A stretch of DNA of 64,000 nt from assembly GCA_037447605.1 (NCBI GenBank), contig CM074815.1, positions 868,001 through 932,000 of the forward strand, given 5' to 3'. Position 1 is the first letter of the stretch. Each line of letters starts with the position of its first letter. The notes beneath the pieces are model-generated. The model ran no database searches. It was not told where the DNA came from and saw nothing but the letters and a program-made list of their open reading frames with translations. Shown piece by piece: positions 35,700 through 48,600 of the stretch. A program made the translations under genes and the position numbers. The DNA is from Zygnema circumcarinatum SAG 698-1b (taxonomy: Eukaryota > Plantae > Zygnematophyceae).

Positions 35700-35795
35700 T
35701 TGCGGTTCGCGGTTCGCGGTTTGTGGTTTGTGGTTTGTGGTTTGTGGTTTGTGGTTTGGGGTTTGCGTTTTATGGTTTGTGGTTTTTGGTTTTCC
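35700..35795. repeat. 7-bp tandem repeat (GGTTTGT)n upstream of inhibitor copy 2
   Basis: GGTTCGC x2, then GGTTTGT x5 and degenerate units. Confidence 0.8.
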
Positions 35796-36787
35796 GTTTT
35801 CTGGAGGGATGATGCTAGTGACGTACTTCAATATTTAAACAGCGTAAGTAAATAGCCGCAGGGCCGCTATACCCCATTTGTACCTGAACTCCTCCCTCCG
35901 CGTGTCCGCCACGGCATCCGTCCTTCGCGTGCGTGGTGGACTTGAGTGTCGACCAACCTCGGGACGCCACGTGTCACTAATGTACACGTGGCGAAATGGC
36001 TGTTTGATTGTTTCGATTTGGAGCGGGGCAGCGGAAGGTCTCTTCGCCTTCCAAGGTTTGACTCTGAAAGTGGAGGAAAGAGGGAGGAGGAGAGAGAAGC
36101 TAGGAGGGTCCCAGGGGCAGCGCTCTGCTCTTGTGTTCCATTATTGTATTGTATTTCTGTAAGGATTGAAAAAAGCTTGATTCGCAAAGCATCAGGTATA
36201 CTATCTCCTTGTTTCTTTCGCGTGAAGGTGGAATGCTTGAAACACTTAAAAGCAGTCTGATCAAGCGGAAAGGAGAGCTGTGCAGAAAATTTCATTTTCG
36301 GTGACAGTCCGGTGTTTGATCATGTTTGTGTGTGAATACAATGTTTCTGTTTCAATTCTGCAAGACAGTTGTATTCGATCAGGAAAGTGAATGTTGGCTG
36401 AAAGTTTATGCCGCAGTTTCCTTATTCTTAAAACCAATCAGAGTGAGTAGAGTTGACTGGATTATTGAATGTAGTAAGGAATACCTTTAGCGTGTCTTTT
36501 CCTTTACCGTACAGTCTTCGGTTATCATGGACCTTAGCGTCTGCACATGTTATATTCAGAGGACAGAGCAATTATCTTTATCCCCGTCCCAGACTTTTAA
36601 CTAGGTGTTGGAAGAAAACCAGGACGTCACAAAAATATTGTGTATATCAATACTTCTGCTGTGAAGCAGAATAAAAGCAACCATTATTGGAAGCAGGAAA
36701 ACCTTTCGCAGTTGACGGTGCAGTTTCAAAAGCTTCGTGTGTGAGCATCTTGTATTGACATGCTTTGTGGCCCTTTCAGTGTCAGAC

Positions 36788-36988
36788 ATGCCGAAGATGG
36801 AATGGCCCGAATTAGTAGGAAGAGATGCAGAGGATGCCAAGCGCATTATACAGGCGGAAGCCCGTGAAATCAAGCATGTTCACACGGTGCCTAAGGGCGC
36901 CATGGTTACCATGGATTACAGCGTGCACCGAGTTCGAATCTTTGTGGATGAACGGAACAGAGTCCACAAGGCTCCAAGAGTCGGCTGA
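36788..36988 (+). CDS. Potato inhibitor I family inhibitor, copy 2
   Basis: MPKMEWPELVG...AMVTMDYSVHRVRIFVD...APRVG*. The upstream exon homologue (donor at 36196) has no in-frame ATG. Confidence 0.85.
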   Translation: MPKMEWPELVGRDAEDAKRIIQAEAREIKHVHTVPKGAMVTMDYSVHRVRIFVDERNRVHKAPRVG

Positions 36989-38028
36989 CATGATCGGTCA
37001 TGTGACACTCCCAACTGATCGGTGCCTAATGTTTTCAGAAAAAATTCCTGCAGAAGGGAGCATTAGCGGAGCACCAGCAGCAGGGACGAAGCATAAGAGC
37101 TGATTGAAGGTTTCGATTTGCAACCGGGCGTTGAAAGTATTGGTTTTATTTGGATTGTTTGGAACTGTTCCGGTCAGAATTCGTCATGTTTAGCTCACTG
37201 TCTAAATGAGCGCATTGACTCACATGGCGCTCGTTGTCTGCTCATAAACAATGTTAAAGTTCTTATTTGTACAAGAAAAAAGGAGGGGTTGAAAGGGAAG
37301 GCTTGCCTATTTTGATTGAGTGATTGGTAGTCAACATGACTGAGTTGACGTCTACTTGTCGCATGTAAGGGCTCATAATTTGCAAAACAAGGATGGATTT
37401 TTTTCCTTTTCCAGATTGCTCTTTCAAAGGTGAAGAAAGGCAAGCAGCAGAACAAACATGCCCAAACGTTACATCATCGATGTCCTGTTTTGTGCCGTGA
37501 TATCTAGATCCTCAATGGAATTACGTTGGCTCCTCACAAAATGGAAATCCTATGTGCTGTTCGGAAACATTCCACGCTATAAAGTAGCAGTATAGTCACT
37601 CACACCGCCATTGCTTGCCCAGGCACTGTCATGTGAACAATTTGGCTTAAGACGAAGCAAACGATCGTGTGAGCATATCAGCTGAGCGAACAAGTTCATC
37701 ACAGCCAGAACCACACCGTCGTTAACACCACTGTCACAGCCATTACATGACAGTTGACAGTTGACAGTTGCTTGCAGTCTACAGGAACTTCTTGCATTGA
37801 CATGGGGGTTCGGGGTAGGCTGTCAGTACTCGCAGACGCCTCATGGAAAGATTGATTAGTCAGTACCCGGACGTTTCCCGGCGCTGCATCAAATAGAACA
37901 GTGTATATGAAAATCAATGCTCTTGATATGTGAAGCAGGAAAACCTTTAGCAGTTGACGGTGCAGTTTCATTTGCTTCGTGTTTGAGCTTCTTGTATTGA
38001 CATGCTTTGTGCCCGTGCATTCTCAGAA

Positions 38029-38220
38029 ATGAAGATGGAATGGCCCGAGTTAGCAGGAAGAGATGCAGAGGATGCCAAGCGCATCATACAGGCGGAAGCC
38101 CCTGAAATCAAAGATGTTCAAATAACGAGCGGCATCATAACCTGTGATTACAGAAGGGACCGAGTTCGAATCTTTACGGATGAACGGAACAGAGTCCGCA
38201 GCCTTCCAAGAGTCGGCTGA
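38029..38220 (+). CDS. Potato inhibitor I family inhibitor, copy 3 (5' exon absent)
   Basis: MKMEWPELAG...SGIITCDYRRDRVRIFTD...LPRVG*. The duplicated block spans only ~37885-38965. Confidence 0.75.
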   Translation: MKMEWPELAGRDAEDAKRIIQAEAPEIKDVQITSGIITCDYRRDRVRIFTDERNRVRSLPRVG

Positions 38221-39544
38221 CATGATCGTCATATGACTCTCCCAACTGATCGTTGCTTAATGTTTTCAGAAAAGAAAATTCTTGCAGAAGGGAGCGTTAG
38301 CAGAGCAGCAGCTGCAGGGACGAAGCATTAGAGCTGATTGAAGGTTTCGATTTTCGATCGGGCGTTGAAAGTGTTGGGATTGATTGGAACTGTCCCGGTC
38401 AGAATTTGTCATTTTTAGTTTTTTGTCTAAATGAGCGCATTGCCTCACATAGCGCTCATTGTCTGTTTATAAACAACGTTAAAGTTCTTAAAATTACAAG
38501 AAAAAAGGAGGGGCTGAAAGGGAAGGCTTGCATATTTTGTTCGAGTGATTGGTAAGTCAATATGACTGAGCTGACGTCTATTTGTCGCATGCAAGGGCTC
38601 GAAATTTGCAAAACAAGATGCGTTTTTTTTTCTTTTCCAGATTGCTCTTTCAAAGGTGAAGAAAGGCAAGCAGCAGAACAAACATGCGCAAACGTTACAC
38701 CATCGATGTCCTGTTTCCTGCCGTGATATTTAGATCCCCAATGCAATGGCATTGGCTCCTCACAAAATGGAAATCCTATGTGCTGTTCGGAAGCATTTCA
38801 CTCTATAAAGTACCAGTATAGTAACTCACACCAACATTGCTTGCCCAGGCACTGTCATGTGAACAATTTGGCTTAAGACGATGCAAACGATCGTGTGAGC
38901 ATATCAGCTGAGGGAACAAGTTCATCACAGCCAGAATCACACCGTCGTTAACACCACTATCACAGCCAATATCATCACCACAATCTCATCATCATTATAA
39001 CCATCATCGACATTCGCAAAAATATGGTTTTGCATGTTCAAAACTACTGATTCGCTACAAAGTAAGCTAAGACCCTTAGGAGGCAAAGCTATGTTGAACC
39101 CTATCAGGCCTTCCGTTAAGGCCAGCAAGGCGAGTAGTACAGTGCTTCCGGCCACACCCATTACTTCTGCAAAAATAAATCTTTTCTCTCACAATGTGTG
39201 AGCTAAACCAAACTCCGAGCTCACCTCTCATGGTGAGAGTCTGATGCTAGGACCTAGCTTTGCACTGAGGAGACTCGAACAAGATGCCGTTTCTTTACAA
39301 TCTGCCGACACCCCGCTCTCCTTAGCAGGGTAAAGCTTATTCTCCATCCTCACCATCCCTCGAGACATCCACTAAACTAACCTCAAAGTCATGATAATCC
39401 ATCCAATGAAGGGCACAGACTTGCCTGCGCTCTTTATGCATGCCTCAAGGGCAGTCAAATGGCCACATATTCTTGGCAGACTATACACACAAACACTAGA
39501 CTTTAGAGTACATGCCTTTTGAGGCTGTTCACAACAAAATACAC

Positions 39545-42500
39545 TCAAATTCTAGATATCTGCAGAGAGAGGGTGCCAATGCTTATCTCTTCAGCAGCCG
39601 CTGGTGCGAATACCTCCAAATCTGCAAATCGTGTTGCAGTAGTTAATAGTTTTCGGCACTCTTCTGCTGCCGCAATTCCAGTTTGATAGGCGCCGTGGAC
39701 AGTTCCCGGAAAATCACGACTTGTGGCTTCTCCAGCAAAGAAGAGAGTGTCTACCGATGCTCGAAGTCTATTGTAAACGTCCACAGGACTGCCAACTTTA
39801 TCATAGGTATAGCATCCCATGGAGCTTGGATCTGTGCCCCAGTGGGTGACGAAGGAGTCGAGCTGCAAAGGTAGACCGATACAGGAGGATGGAATGAGAA
39901 TGTTGTGAAAAGCAGGATGAGATATTCACATGTCGAGACAGAAGTTCCAAAAAAGGCAATTAGTCAGAATTCACAAACATCTCAGAAACAGGAAAGCTTA
40001 ATGCATGACAGGACGATAGCATGAAGGAATGACTTTCGAGATTCCAAATGTAAGAAGCAGAAGAATACTCAGTTTATTCCGTCGAATCAAGCCATGACAG
40101 GTTTAGGCATGAACCGGAGAGCCCTTCAACTTCTGACCAAGAGAGAAGGCAGACTACAAAGACCGTAAACAAGTCTTTGATTTGGTTAGCGTAGCAACCA
40201 GTGATTAACCTCCCCGCACATGCCCATACAGGCAGGCTACAGAACTACAACAATTTCATAGCTCAAGTAGCTCTAAGAAAACGCTACTGAGAGATAAGGC
40301 TTGCTTACCGGTTCAGGAGCAGCTGGTAGGACCTTCCTCAGCTGAGACATAGCATACGCCACAACCCCATCATCTGAAAGTCTTTCGAGGTCATTGGCTA
40401 GGCTGCCGGCTGGCATGAAAACCAGTACTGGGTTTCCCGTAGCTTTATGGAGATTCAGGAAATAGCTGCACTTGTATGTGCTGTCAGCCACTACTCCCAG
40501 GAACTCCACATTGGGCCAAAACGGTGCTCCAAACTTCAGTGCAACCTTGTTCTCATTGCCAATACCTATGTCTGCGATGGCTTTTCTTTTCCAGTCTGGG
40601 AGGGGAGGCTCAAACTGTATACTTCCAGACTGTAGGACTCCAAGAGGGACAGTGATCACTGCAGCATCTGCATTGATTGAATCTCCATGGTCTGTTGTGA
40701 TATGGACCTTATTTCTCAAGCGTTTGATGGTTTGAACACTGCAAACCAAAAAAAACAAGCAGTGAAAGAAAAATATCGTTTAGCAGTTTGCGGAACCTAA
40801 AGATTCTGACAGTGACGAATTTACGAAGGAGAATTCAAAAAAAGGGGCTGAAGGGCAAATTCAAAACAACATAAAACCCTGCATAGAACGGAGAACATTA
40901 TGGCTATGTAAAGATTCAAGATTCCATCAATAACTTAGACTGCTCGGAGTTGGGTGATGGGAGGCTCACTTACCGATGATTAAGTCTGATGTCAAGCCCC
41001 TCAGACAAGGCAGCAAGGACTGGCCAATAGCCCTTCACCATAAGACCATGCCCCCCTTCCAAAAGATCTTCCTGCAAGGCAGAAACACGTCGGAACATAT
41101 TACTTCATTGTTATGCTGAAAGGAGATCCATACACAGTAACAGTTCATTGGCTGTACAGTCAACCATGGCAAGTTAACAAAAGCAAGCTGAGATAAAACC
41201 GCATGAAACCACTCTTTAACTACCTCTGTGCGTAAATTTTCTAAGCCCTTCATCTGCCTGTGATGAACAGCTTCTGCTACAATGGCCAACGCTTTGTTTC
41301 AGAACTACTCATTCTTTAGTCAGAAACAAGGCTTCAAAAGTCCACTACAGTGAACAAAGAGGCCCTGTTTGTCGGCAAGCGTTACTTCAACCGTTATCTG
41401 ACTATGGAATGGACACAACCCACCTCATCCCAATGCTTCACAGAGAGGTTCTCCATATCAGTAGCAAACCAGCCCTCCATTCTGCAAAGGTACCATTGCA
41501 GAACTTTTTGTTCCAATCCCACAAGCCTGCAAAGCAACCAGGGTGTTAATAACATTACTCATAACAAACTCCAACAGAGCTTCTTGGGAGCCCAAAAACC
41601 AAGAGCTAACTAATGGAAAGCGCTAAGAGACTAAGGCAAAGGGCTGGATAAATGATCTTGCGAAAGGTTGCAAGCAAATGACCACTTAAATGAAAGTCAA
41701 GGACCAGCTGATAAGCTTCATGAACAGATCGCGTCAATATGTTCAAAAAGGAAGGGACCTTCCTAGGTACACACAAATCCCAACTGCAAAATTTCATTTC
41801 TCCTACATGCATTTGCTTGTAAAGAATATTCCGGATGCCCAAAAGTATTCAACCATAACCAAAATTGTTCATCATGTGCATACAGCTGCCTCGCTGATAG
41901 GCGAAAATATCTACCCCAAGTTGTGTAGAGAGCATTACCTTAAATGCGGCCGTGATTCTAAAACCCTTTCCAAAGCTGCTTTCATGCATAGGTCCTCTTT
42001 TAAAGAGTCTCTCAAAACCCTTGTCTGCACACATTCCAAAAACAAGAGATTAGTAAAAAAAACCGATCAACCAATCACTTATGTTACTTACAAGGAAGAC
42101 TTCCTTCAAGAAAGTTCAAAAAGTCTGAAGCCGAAGAACTGAACATTAAGAATTCAACCAAAAACCGCTCAAACACCTCTAAATCTATGTCCTTACCTCC
42201 TCCAAGATTTCCTCAAACACGTCGCCCACACGTGCCACTAACTCAGGCGGAACTTGCTGCCCGTCGTGCTCAAAAAGCGCGTAACTGCATAAGCACCATA
42301 AACGCATTGCCAGGAGTTAGAAACTATAGCAACATTTTCCAAAAGGGGAGCACACACAAGTTCCATATACACGCACACCTCCTTCCGGCTTTGTGCGCCC
42401 GTTCCATGCGTTCGTTTCTTAACTGAGGTGAGGAGAGTCGCAGAGATAGGTGCCCTGTGGCCCAGTGCAGGAGCTGCCAAAGGGGGTGTGTGGCTGAGGA

Positions 42501-44117
42501 AGAATTCCCGCTCTGAGCGCTTTTAGGGTTTGGAAATTCACCTTCAGCAGCTCAGGGGTGACAGCCTGGCCTTGGTAGAGCCACCACCTGGCAGCATGCC
42601 TGTTGTAAAGGCGGCTACAAAACGGCCCTATAGGCACACACTAGAGGCCTGCTGATAGCATGCATGGGATCCCAACCAATCAACACAACGGTAAACTGAA
42701 ACCACGTTAGCATCAGCTGGGTTTGCAGTCCCCAGAGATACCACGAGTTTTACAGGCCTTCCTTTTTACATTACGACACGCAAATCGGGAGATTCGCTGT
42801 CGTGCAAATGTGGTTTGATGCAACAGATGAGGCGTCTCACAGAGAGAGAGAGAGCCTTCCGCTTCAGGATGGCTTTATTTCATAACTGTAGCAGGTTGCT
42901 ATGGCTAGCCCATAGCAACCAATAAACACACTTTGACAAAGTTATCTATAGATAAGATTTACAGCGTATGCAGTATAAATGTGTGAGTATCGCTGAAAGC
43001 AGAAGTAGTTGATAACAATAACCATGAAAGTTGAAAATTTACAACACAGCCTTAACACGCATCACTGCATGGTCTCGGCAGAAGGATAGTTCATGAGCGA
43101 GGCATGTAACATCGAACAATATGCTCTTCACGAAAACGGAAAGCATGGATAGGGACTGGTTCGCTGCAACGAAAATCTGCATACCTTTCTAGGTCATGAT
43201 CATAAAGCACCGAGTCCTCGCCACAAGTGCGGTAAAGAGGCAGCTGGAGGCGAGTAATTACATTCGCCAATGGATTGGATGAACACACACCATGTAACCT
43301 GCAAGGTAAAAAAGTGACATATTTCAAATATAAGAAAAAGTGAGAACGGAGTACCATTAAGCAGCCAGTCCTGCGATGTTCAGAGATCAAGATTCCTGGC
43401 TGCCCCACCATGAAGCCCCCATGTCAACGGGGAATCCAAAGGAATAGTCAGTGTAGACGCGACCTCCAATGCGATTCCGAGATTCAAGCACTATGACCTG
43501 AAGTGGTAAGGGCACAACAGAGCGAAAGACAAAGGCAATTAGCTAAACCCTGGCAGTTGATAGCCGAGTCAGAGTACGCCATATTGACTAAAGCTAACTA
43601 CTCATGTAAACTGAATCTTCCCCCTCCCCCTCCCCCTCCCTCTCCCCCTCCCTCTCCTTCTCACTTTCCCTAATTTTGTAGCAGTGAAGGACCTGACAAG
43701 GAGACAGTTGGAGGGGGGAGAGCAACAATAATGAACCCGAAGCAAACAACTGAAAAGAAGCTGAAACTGAAACTGAAACTGAATTACAAGTTGGCTGCAC
43801 CCGAATCGCGCACACCTGAAATGCAGCGTTCCGCAAAGCTCGTGCAGCGGCGAGGCCGGCAAAGCCACTTCCCACCACAACAACAGTCGGCGATTTGGAT
43901 GAAGTGTGGGATCTGCCTTGTCTACCTGCAGAGAGAATAGGAGGAACAGCACCGATCAATAACATCATCATACATGCATCATAAGTCCTATCATATGTAT
44001 CATGGCATCATATCAAATCATATCGAATGCAAAGGCTCTTTAAAACAGAAAAAAAAACTGCAGCATCACCTGCCCATTCGAGAGAAAAGGGATGGGAGAC
44101 AAACCGCATGTCGCCAT
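39545..44117 (-). CDS. PAO: Polyamine oxidase (PAO2/3/4 clade), multi-exon
   Basis: [108 protein letters not shown], ends LQISRI*. The 13-nt first exon (44117-44105) is inferred from phase. Confidence 0.93.
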
Positions 44118-44671
44118 CACGGAGATACAACAGCAGGAAGAGAAAGATTATTCAAAATCTGGTGCAGTGGAGAACACTCTGATGAGATTTCCTTTTCCAA
44201 TTTCTCCCGGAATAAGTCAGCCTTGAATCAGGCTGATGACTTCGAAACTGCCGTCAAGAAAACTCCGATGGAGCTGCTGCGTCTAATACTAGGCCCAAAG
44301 AAAGGAAAAGAAACCCGATGTTTCAAGATTCTCCCTTGCAGATATGCAACAATCAGAAATGCTATAAGCTGCACGATGGGAGAAACTGGCATGCGGACCT
44401 TGTCCTGCAGCCTCCGCTCTGGGGGAGAGAGAGAGAGGGAAAGAAGGCAAAACACTTCGCAACTAAGCGAAGAGAAGTCCCTTCTGCCAAAAGGTTGCAA
44501 ACAAATGTCCAATCACAGCCGTCCACGTCTTCAAACGGCCTACGTGGCATTCCCAGATTGGTCAAGGCCCCAATAAGTACCTCCGATGGAAAGCCACGGC
44601 CTACGGAAGGGGTCGTTCGTACACATTGGTACGGAACCGATTCGTAAAAATGTACGAAAGCGAACCGGCCC

Positions 44672-45667
44672 TGTAGCGTAACGGAGCTGCGTTCGACGGA
44701 TCCGCGTCCGTTCAGTTGTACTTGACATATTCATATTCGGTGTCACGGACCGGCATAATCCAGGAGTTGCCGACGGAAAATGCGAGAAGGCGGCGCCATG
44801 TGTTGGCGGCCCACGGCACGGCACACCATCCAGCTAGGCGCACTCGGAAGCGCCGCAACATGCCGCCGATTGTCAGCAGTTGACCTATCAGAAGGCCCCA
44901 CGTAGGTAGTCAGGCCTCTTAGTGGGCAGTTGGCCAATCAGGGACTGTCACTGCTAAGGCTCAAGATCTATTGTCAGAGTGTTAAGTAGATGGGATGTCA
45001 GTGATGCTTGTTTGTCTTTTAGTGCTGGGCTTAGTATTTGTATTTGCTGTGTGGTTTGTTGTCTTGTTCTTCTCTTCTTCCTCTTCAGTTCCAGCAACAG
45101 ATGCTAAGTGTGAGAGAGAGAGAGAGTTCCATGCCATAGATAGAGAGAGAGAGAGAGAAGAGTCTTCTTGCTGATAGCATTTGGACGTCCCATTCAGCCC
45201 AGCTAGACAAAAGATTTTAGTGAGAAGATCCTTTCATTGTAATGACTATCCCCAGCCAACCGCTGGCTGGGGTGACTTTCCAAAATACGACCTTTATCTA
45301 AGTTGAGTCCTGTCTTCCCTTTGTTGTCACTATGCCAAGCTACCATCTTGTGAAATCCTGCCTTATGCTCCGCCCAATGACCAATGATAACTAGAAGCCT
45401 AGCTAAGAGAATAGCCGAGGAGAGGACAGGGGAGGAGAGCCCCCAAGGAAGGGCTCTTTGCGCATCGGGTCCAGCCGCCGGAGGGAACATCTTCAGGATC
45501 CCTACGTCTTCCGCTGCGCGTACCTCTGAATCCCCCGGATCCTGGCTCTATGCTGCAGGCAGACCCACAGCACCAACCCAACCCCTCATTAGTTTCAGCA
45601 CGGACGCGCGAGTGGCCGTACAGCACCTGCAAATAGCTCAGCAGTCTCCTCTTAACCCCACTTATCT
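44672..45667 (+). repeat. Gypsy B 5' LTR
   Basis: Its 3' part is nearly identical to 50351-50702 and its 5' part to the reverse complement of 11350-11523. Confidence 0.88.
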
Positions 45668-48600
45668 TGGTATCAGAGCAGAAGGTTTTGCAGATCCACG
45701 TACCTTGATACGTGAGGCTGCCGATCCTGTGACCCGTGTCACAACTGCCATGGATGAAGAGCTGCAACAAGAGGGACAAGCATATCTTCATGAGTATTCA
45801 GAGGAAGACCTGGGACCTCAAGAAGAACAAGCGATCGGAAATCCAAGGACGGATTCAGACTCAGAGGAAGAAGCAGTCAGAGAGAGACTGAAGATGGGCA
45901 TCACCGAAGAGAACCCTTATCCCAGTTTGGCTTACCTTGAGCAGATCGAGTCGATTGAAGAGCTGCAGCGACTCCATCTAGGCAGTGATGGCCATAAACT
46001 TCGCTGGCGATATGCACGCAGGATGATCAAGCTTGCAGCCTGCCCAGTCGCTGTCACGGCCGCAAATGCCGTGAAGAGAGGAGTGCCGTTCGAACCTGAG
46101 GTCCCCCCCGCGGCCCACCAGGGACACAACCCACGGGATCTCAGTCGGATAACTACTGCACCAGGAGTNNNNNNNNNNAGGCCTTGTTAGAAAGGGCAGA
46201 GCGAATTCAAAAGGATCAAGAGAGAGGCAACCGACATGTACGACCACATTACATGAATGCTACAGATCCACGACAAGATCGACTCTACCAGCAGTTCTTA
46301 AAGACACAGAATCAGCAGTTGTATGATCCCTACGCTACATCTTCTAGGAACAAGCCGTCTTTCTCCGGCATCCCTGCTCAGGACGTCCGGGCAGCCCTTG
46401 TGGTGCAGCCTCTGGCTATAGCCAGCGCGACCAAGCCCCTTCCCCTTTCCCCATACCCTCATGATCCTGCGCATCCCATCGAGCCGTCGGTGAATCCTCA
46501 CATACCCGATGTTTCTCGTCCAGGATATCGGGGTCCTTACTCCGATCGAACACCCGAAGAGAGAGAAGCCGCCAGAGCCGATTTGCGCCGTCGGATGACA
46601 GAGGCAGGGGTTCCAGAGGGCGTTTGTCTTGCCTGCGGCCTGAATCATAATCCGCGGCTGCGTTGTGGACCATGGACCTGCACCTTCTGCCAGATCACGG
46701 GACATGATGCCCGTGTATGCATGCGGAGACTCTCAAGTGAGAAGGCCCGAAAGGGGAAAGAGGCAGCAGCAGGGAGCTCACCTGCAGAGATCACCTTCAT
46801 GGATATGCTCCCGACTACTCCCACACTACCGAGAACTCCGGCTCCCTTTCGCCCGCCTCCACCTCCTTCACCCACTTACACCATCCTGCAACGACCGCCT
46901 ATGCCACCTGCACCCCATGGGAGTGCCCTTCCTGACAAGCGCAATTGGGTCCTGAGCACTGATCCTGCTCCCCCGCTCAGCACCGCCCGGATCCGCAGCA
47001 GTGAGGCTCGCTTGGTCCCAAACCCCCCATCACTTCTGGAGGGGTGCCCAAGCCCGATGGCCGAAATCCAGCTCCCACTGCGCAGGCTCCCTATAAACCA
47101 GGAGTGAGTCTCATTCACATCTCCTGCCATTCCTCCCTGCACATGTCAACGGCGCCAGCTCCTCGGGCACGGCTCCACCGGTCGCCACCCCTGTCCGGAG
47201 AACTTCAGTCCTCCCTCCTTCCACGGGTCATCCCTTGGGATCCATGCCTGAGGAGGAAACTGACGATCTCAATGAGGATGAGCCGACAGCGGCGCAGCCA
47301 GAGCCGACAACACCGACGACAGAAGAAATGCATGTCAACCCGCTCCATCGCCCTTGACACCGGACTCTGCCCCAAGCGCCGATGGTGGACCCTGCCCCAC
47401 AGACGGTGTCCCTGATTGACGCATTGGTTCATCGCTCATGGGAGCAACTGAGTGGGCGTACTGCCTCACCAGTTCGTGAGTCGTGGGATTTTCTGGGGGC
47501 CGGTGAGTCGTAAGCTGGCCGCCTGCAGAGGGCCACCTCCAGCCTCACATGGTCCCCATGGCACCTCCTCCGGACATCCCCTCGCCGGCAGATATCCACC
47601 ACATGGCCACGGCGCCTCTTCCAGACCCAGTTCGCTCTCCCCGCCATCCTCCTCGCCAGATTCATGTTCTCCCTCTGATCCCAACACCCAACGTGCGAAT
47701 CATTGTCAATGTATGGCTAAACAGGTAACACGGCAGAGCCATGATCGACACGGGAGGGCTGTGCGACGCGGTCCTGTCCGGCCGGTCGTGGAGGGCTGCG
47801 GGTTAGGGCTGGACAAGACGCCGAGCCCATTCCAGTGGCGGTTGAAGGGGAGCCTGTCATGAAGGATTGGGCGGTGCCAGCGTGAGTCATAGCCTCGCGG
47901 ATGGGAGCCACGAGTGAGATGCGGTCATCACAGCGAGGCGTGTTGTGTATGGTGGGCTCAGATTGGCTCATTGCGATGGGAGCACGAATCGACTTTGCTA
48001 CGTGTCAACTGCACTTATCTACTGGCGGGACAGACTGCTCCTTCCCCATCATCCTCGAGTCCCTTGCCACCTCCGCTCCCAAACGCCACGCACGCGGCAG
48101 GTCTCCTCCGAGATCACCATGTACCATGCTGTGGCGGCCCCCATCTTCCTATGGATCGGCCAGTGTGATCTGAATGACAGAGCTCCCCCTTCATGCTCCC
48201 CGAATCCAGCCCTGTCTGCGCCGGCAGAGGGAACTTTTGGTGCCGGTGATGGCTGCACCCGGCTTCCCGGCCCACGAGCCAGCAGAGTGGACCACTGGAG
48301 CACGGGGGGGGTCATGGATGAGCCGGCGGTGCTCTTCAACCCAATCAAGCATTCTCAACTACGCCAAGTGCTGCGCCGAAATCACCTAGTTTTCGCACGA
48401 CATTCACTCGACATCGGCAAGACCCACCTGATTGAGCACCACATCGATACGGGGATGCACCTCCGTGATGAGCCATGACTCCCTGCCGGTTCCGCCACTC
48501 GCGGCCGATGTCGACGACGGGTCGGTGGGGAGCGTGAAGCCGGCTTGGTGGAAGCACCGAGAAGGGCCTGAGCAGGCCCGGCCGTCTGCCCCAAAGCCAG

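Noticed and set aside
39255-39310. tRNA-like T-arm (GTTCGAGTCTCC) on the minus strand
   Set aside because: No A-box, D-arm or acceptor-stem pairing could be built.
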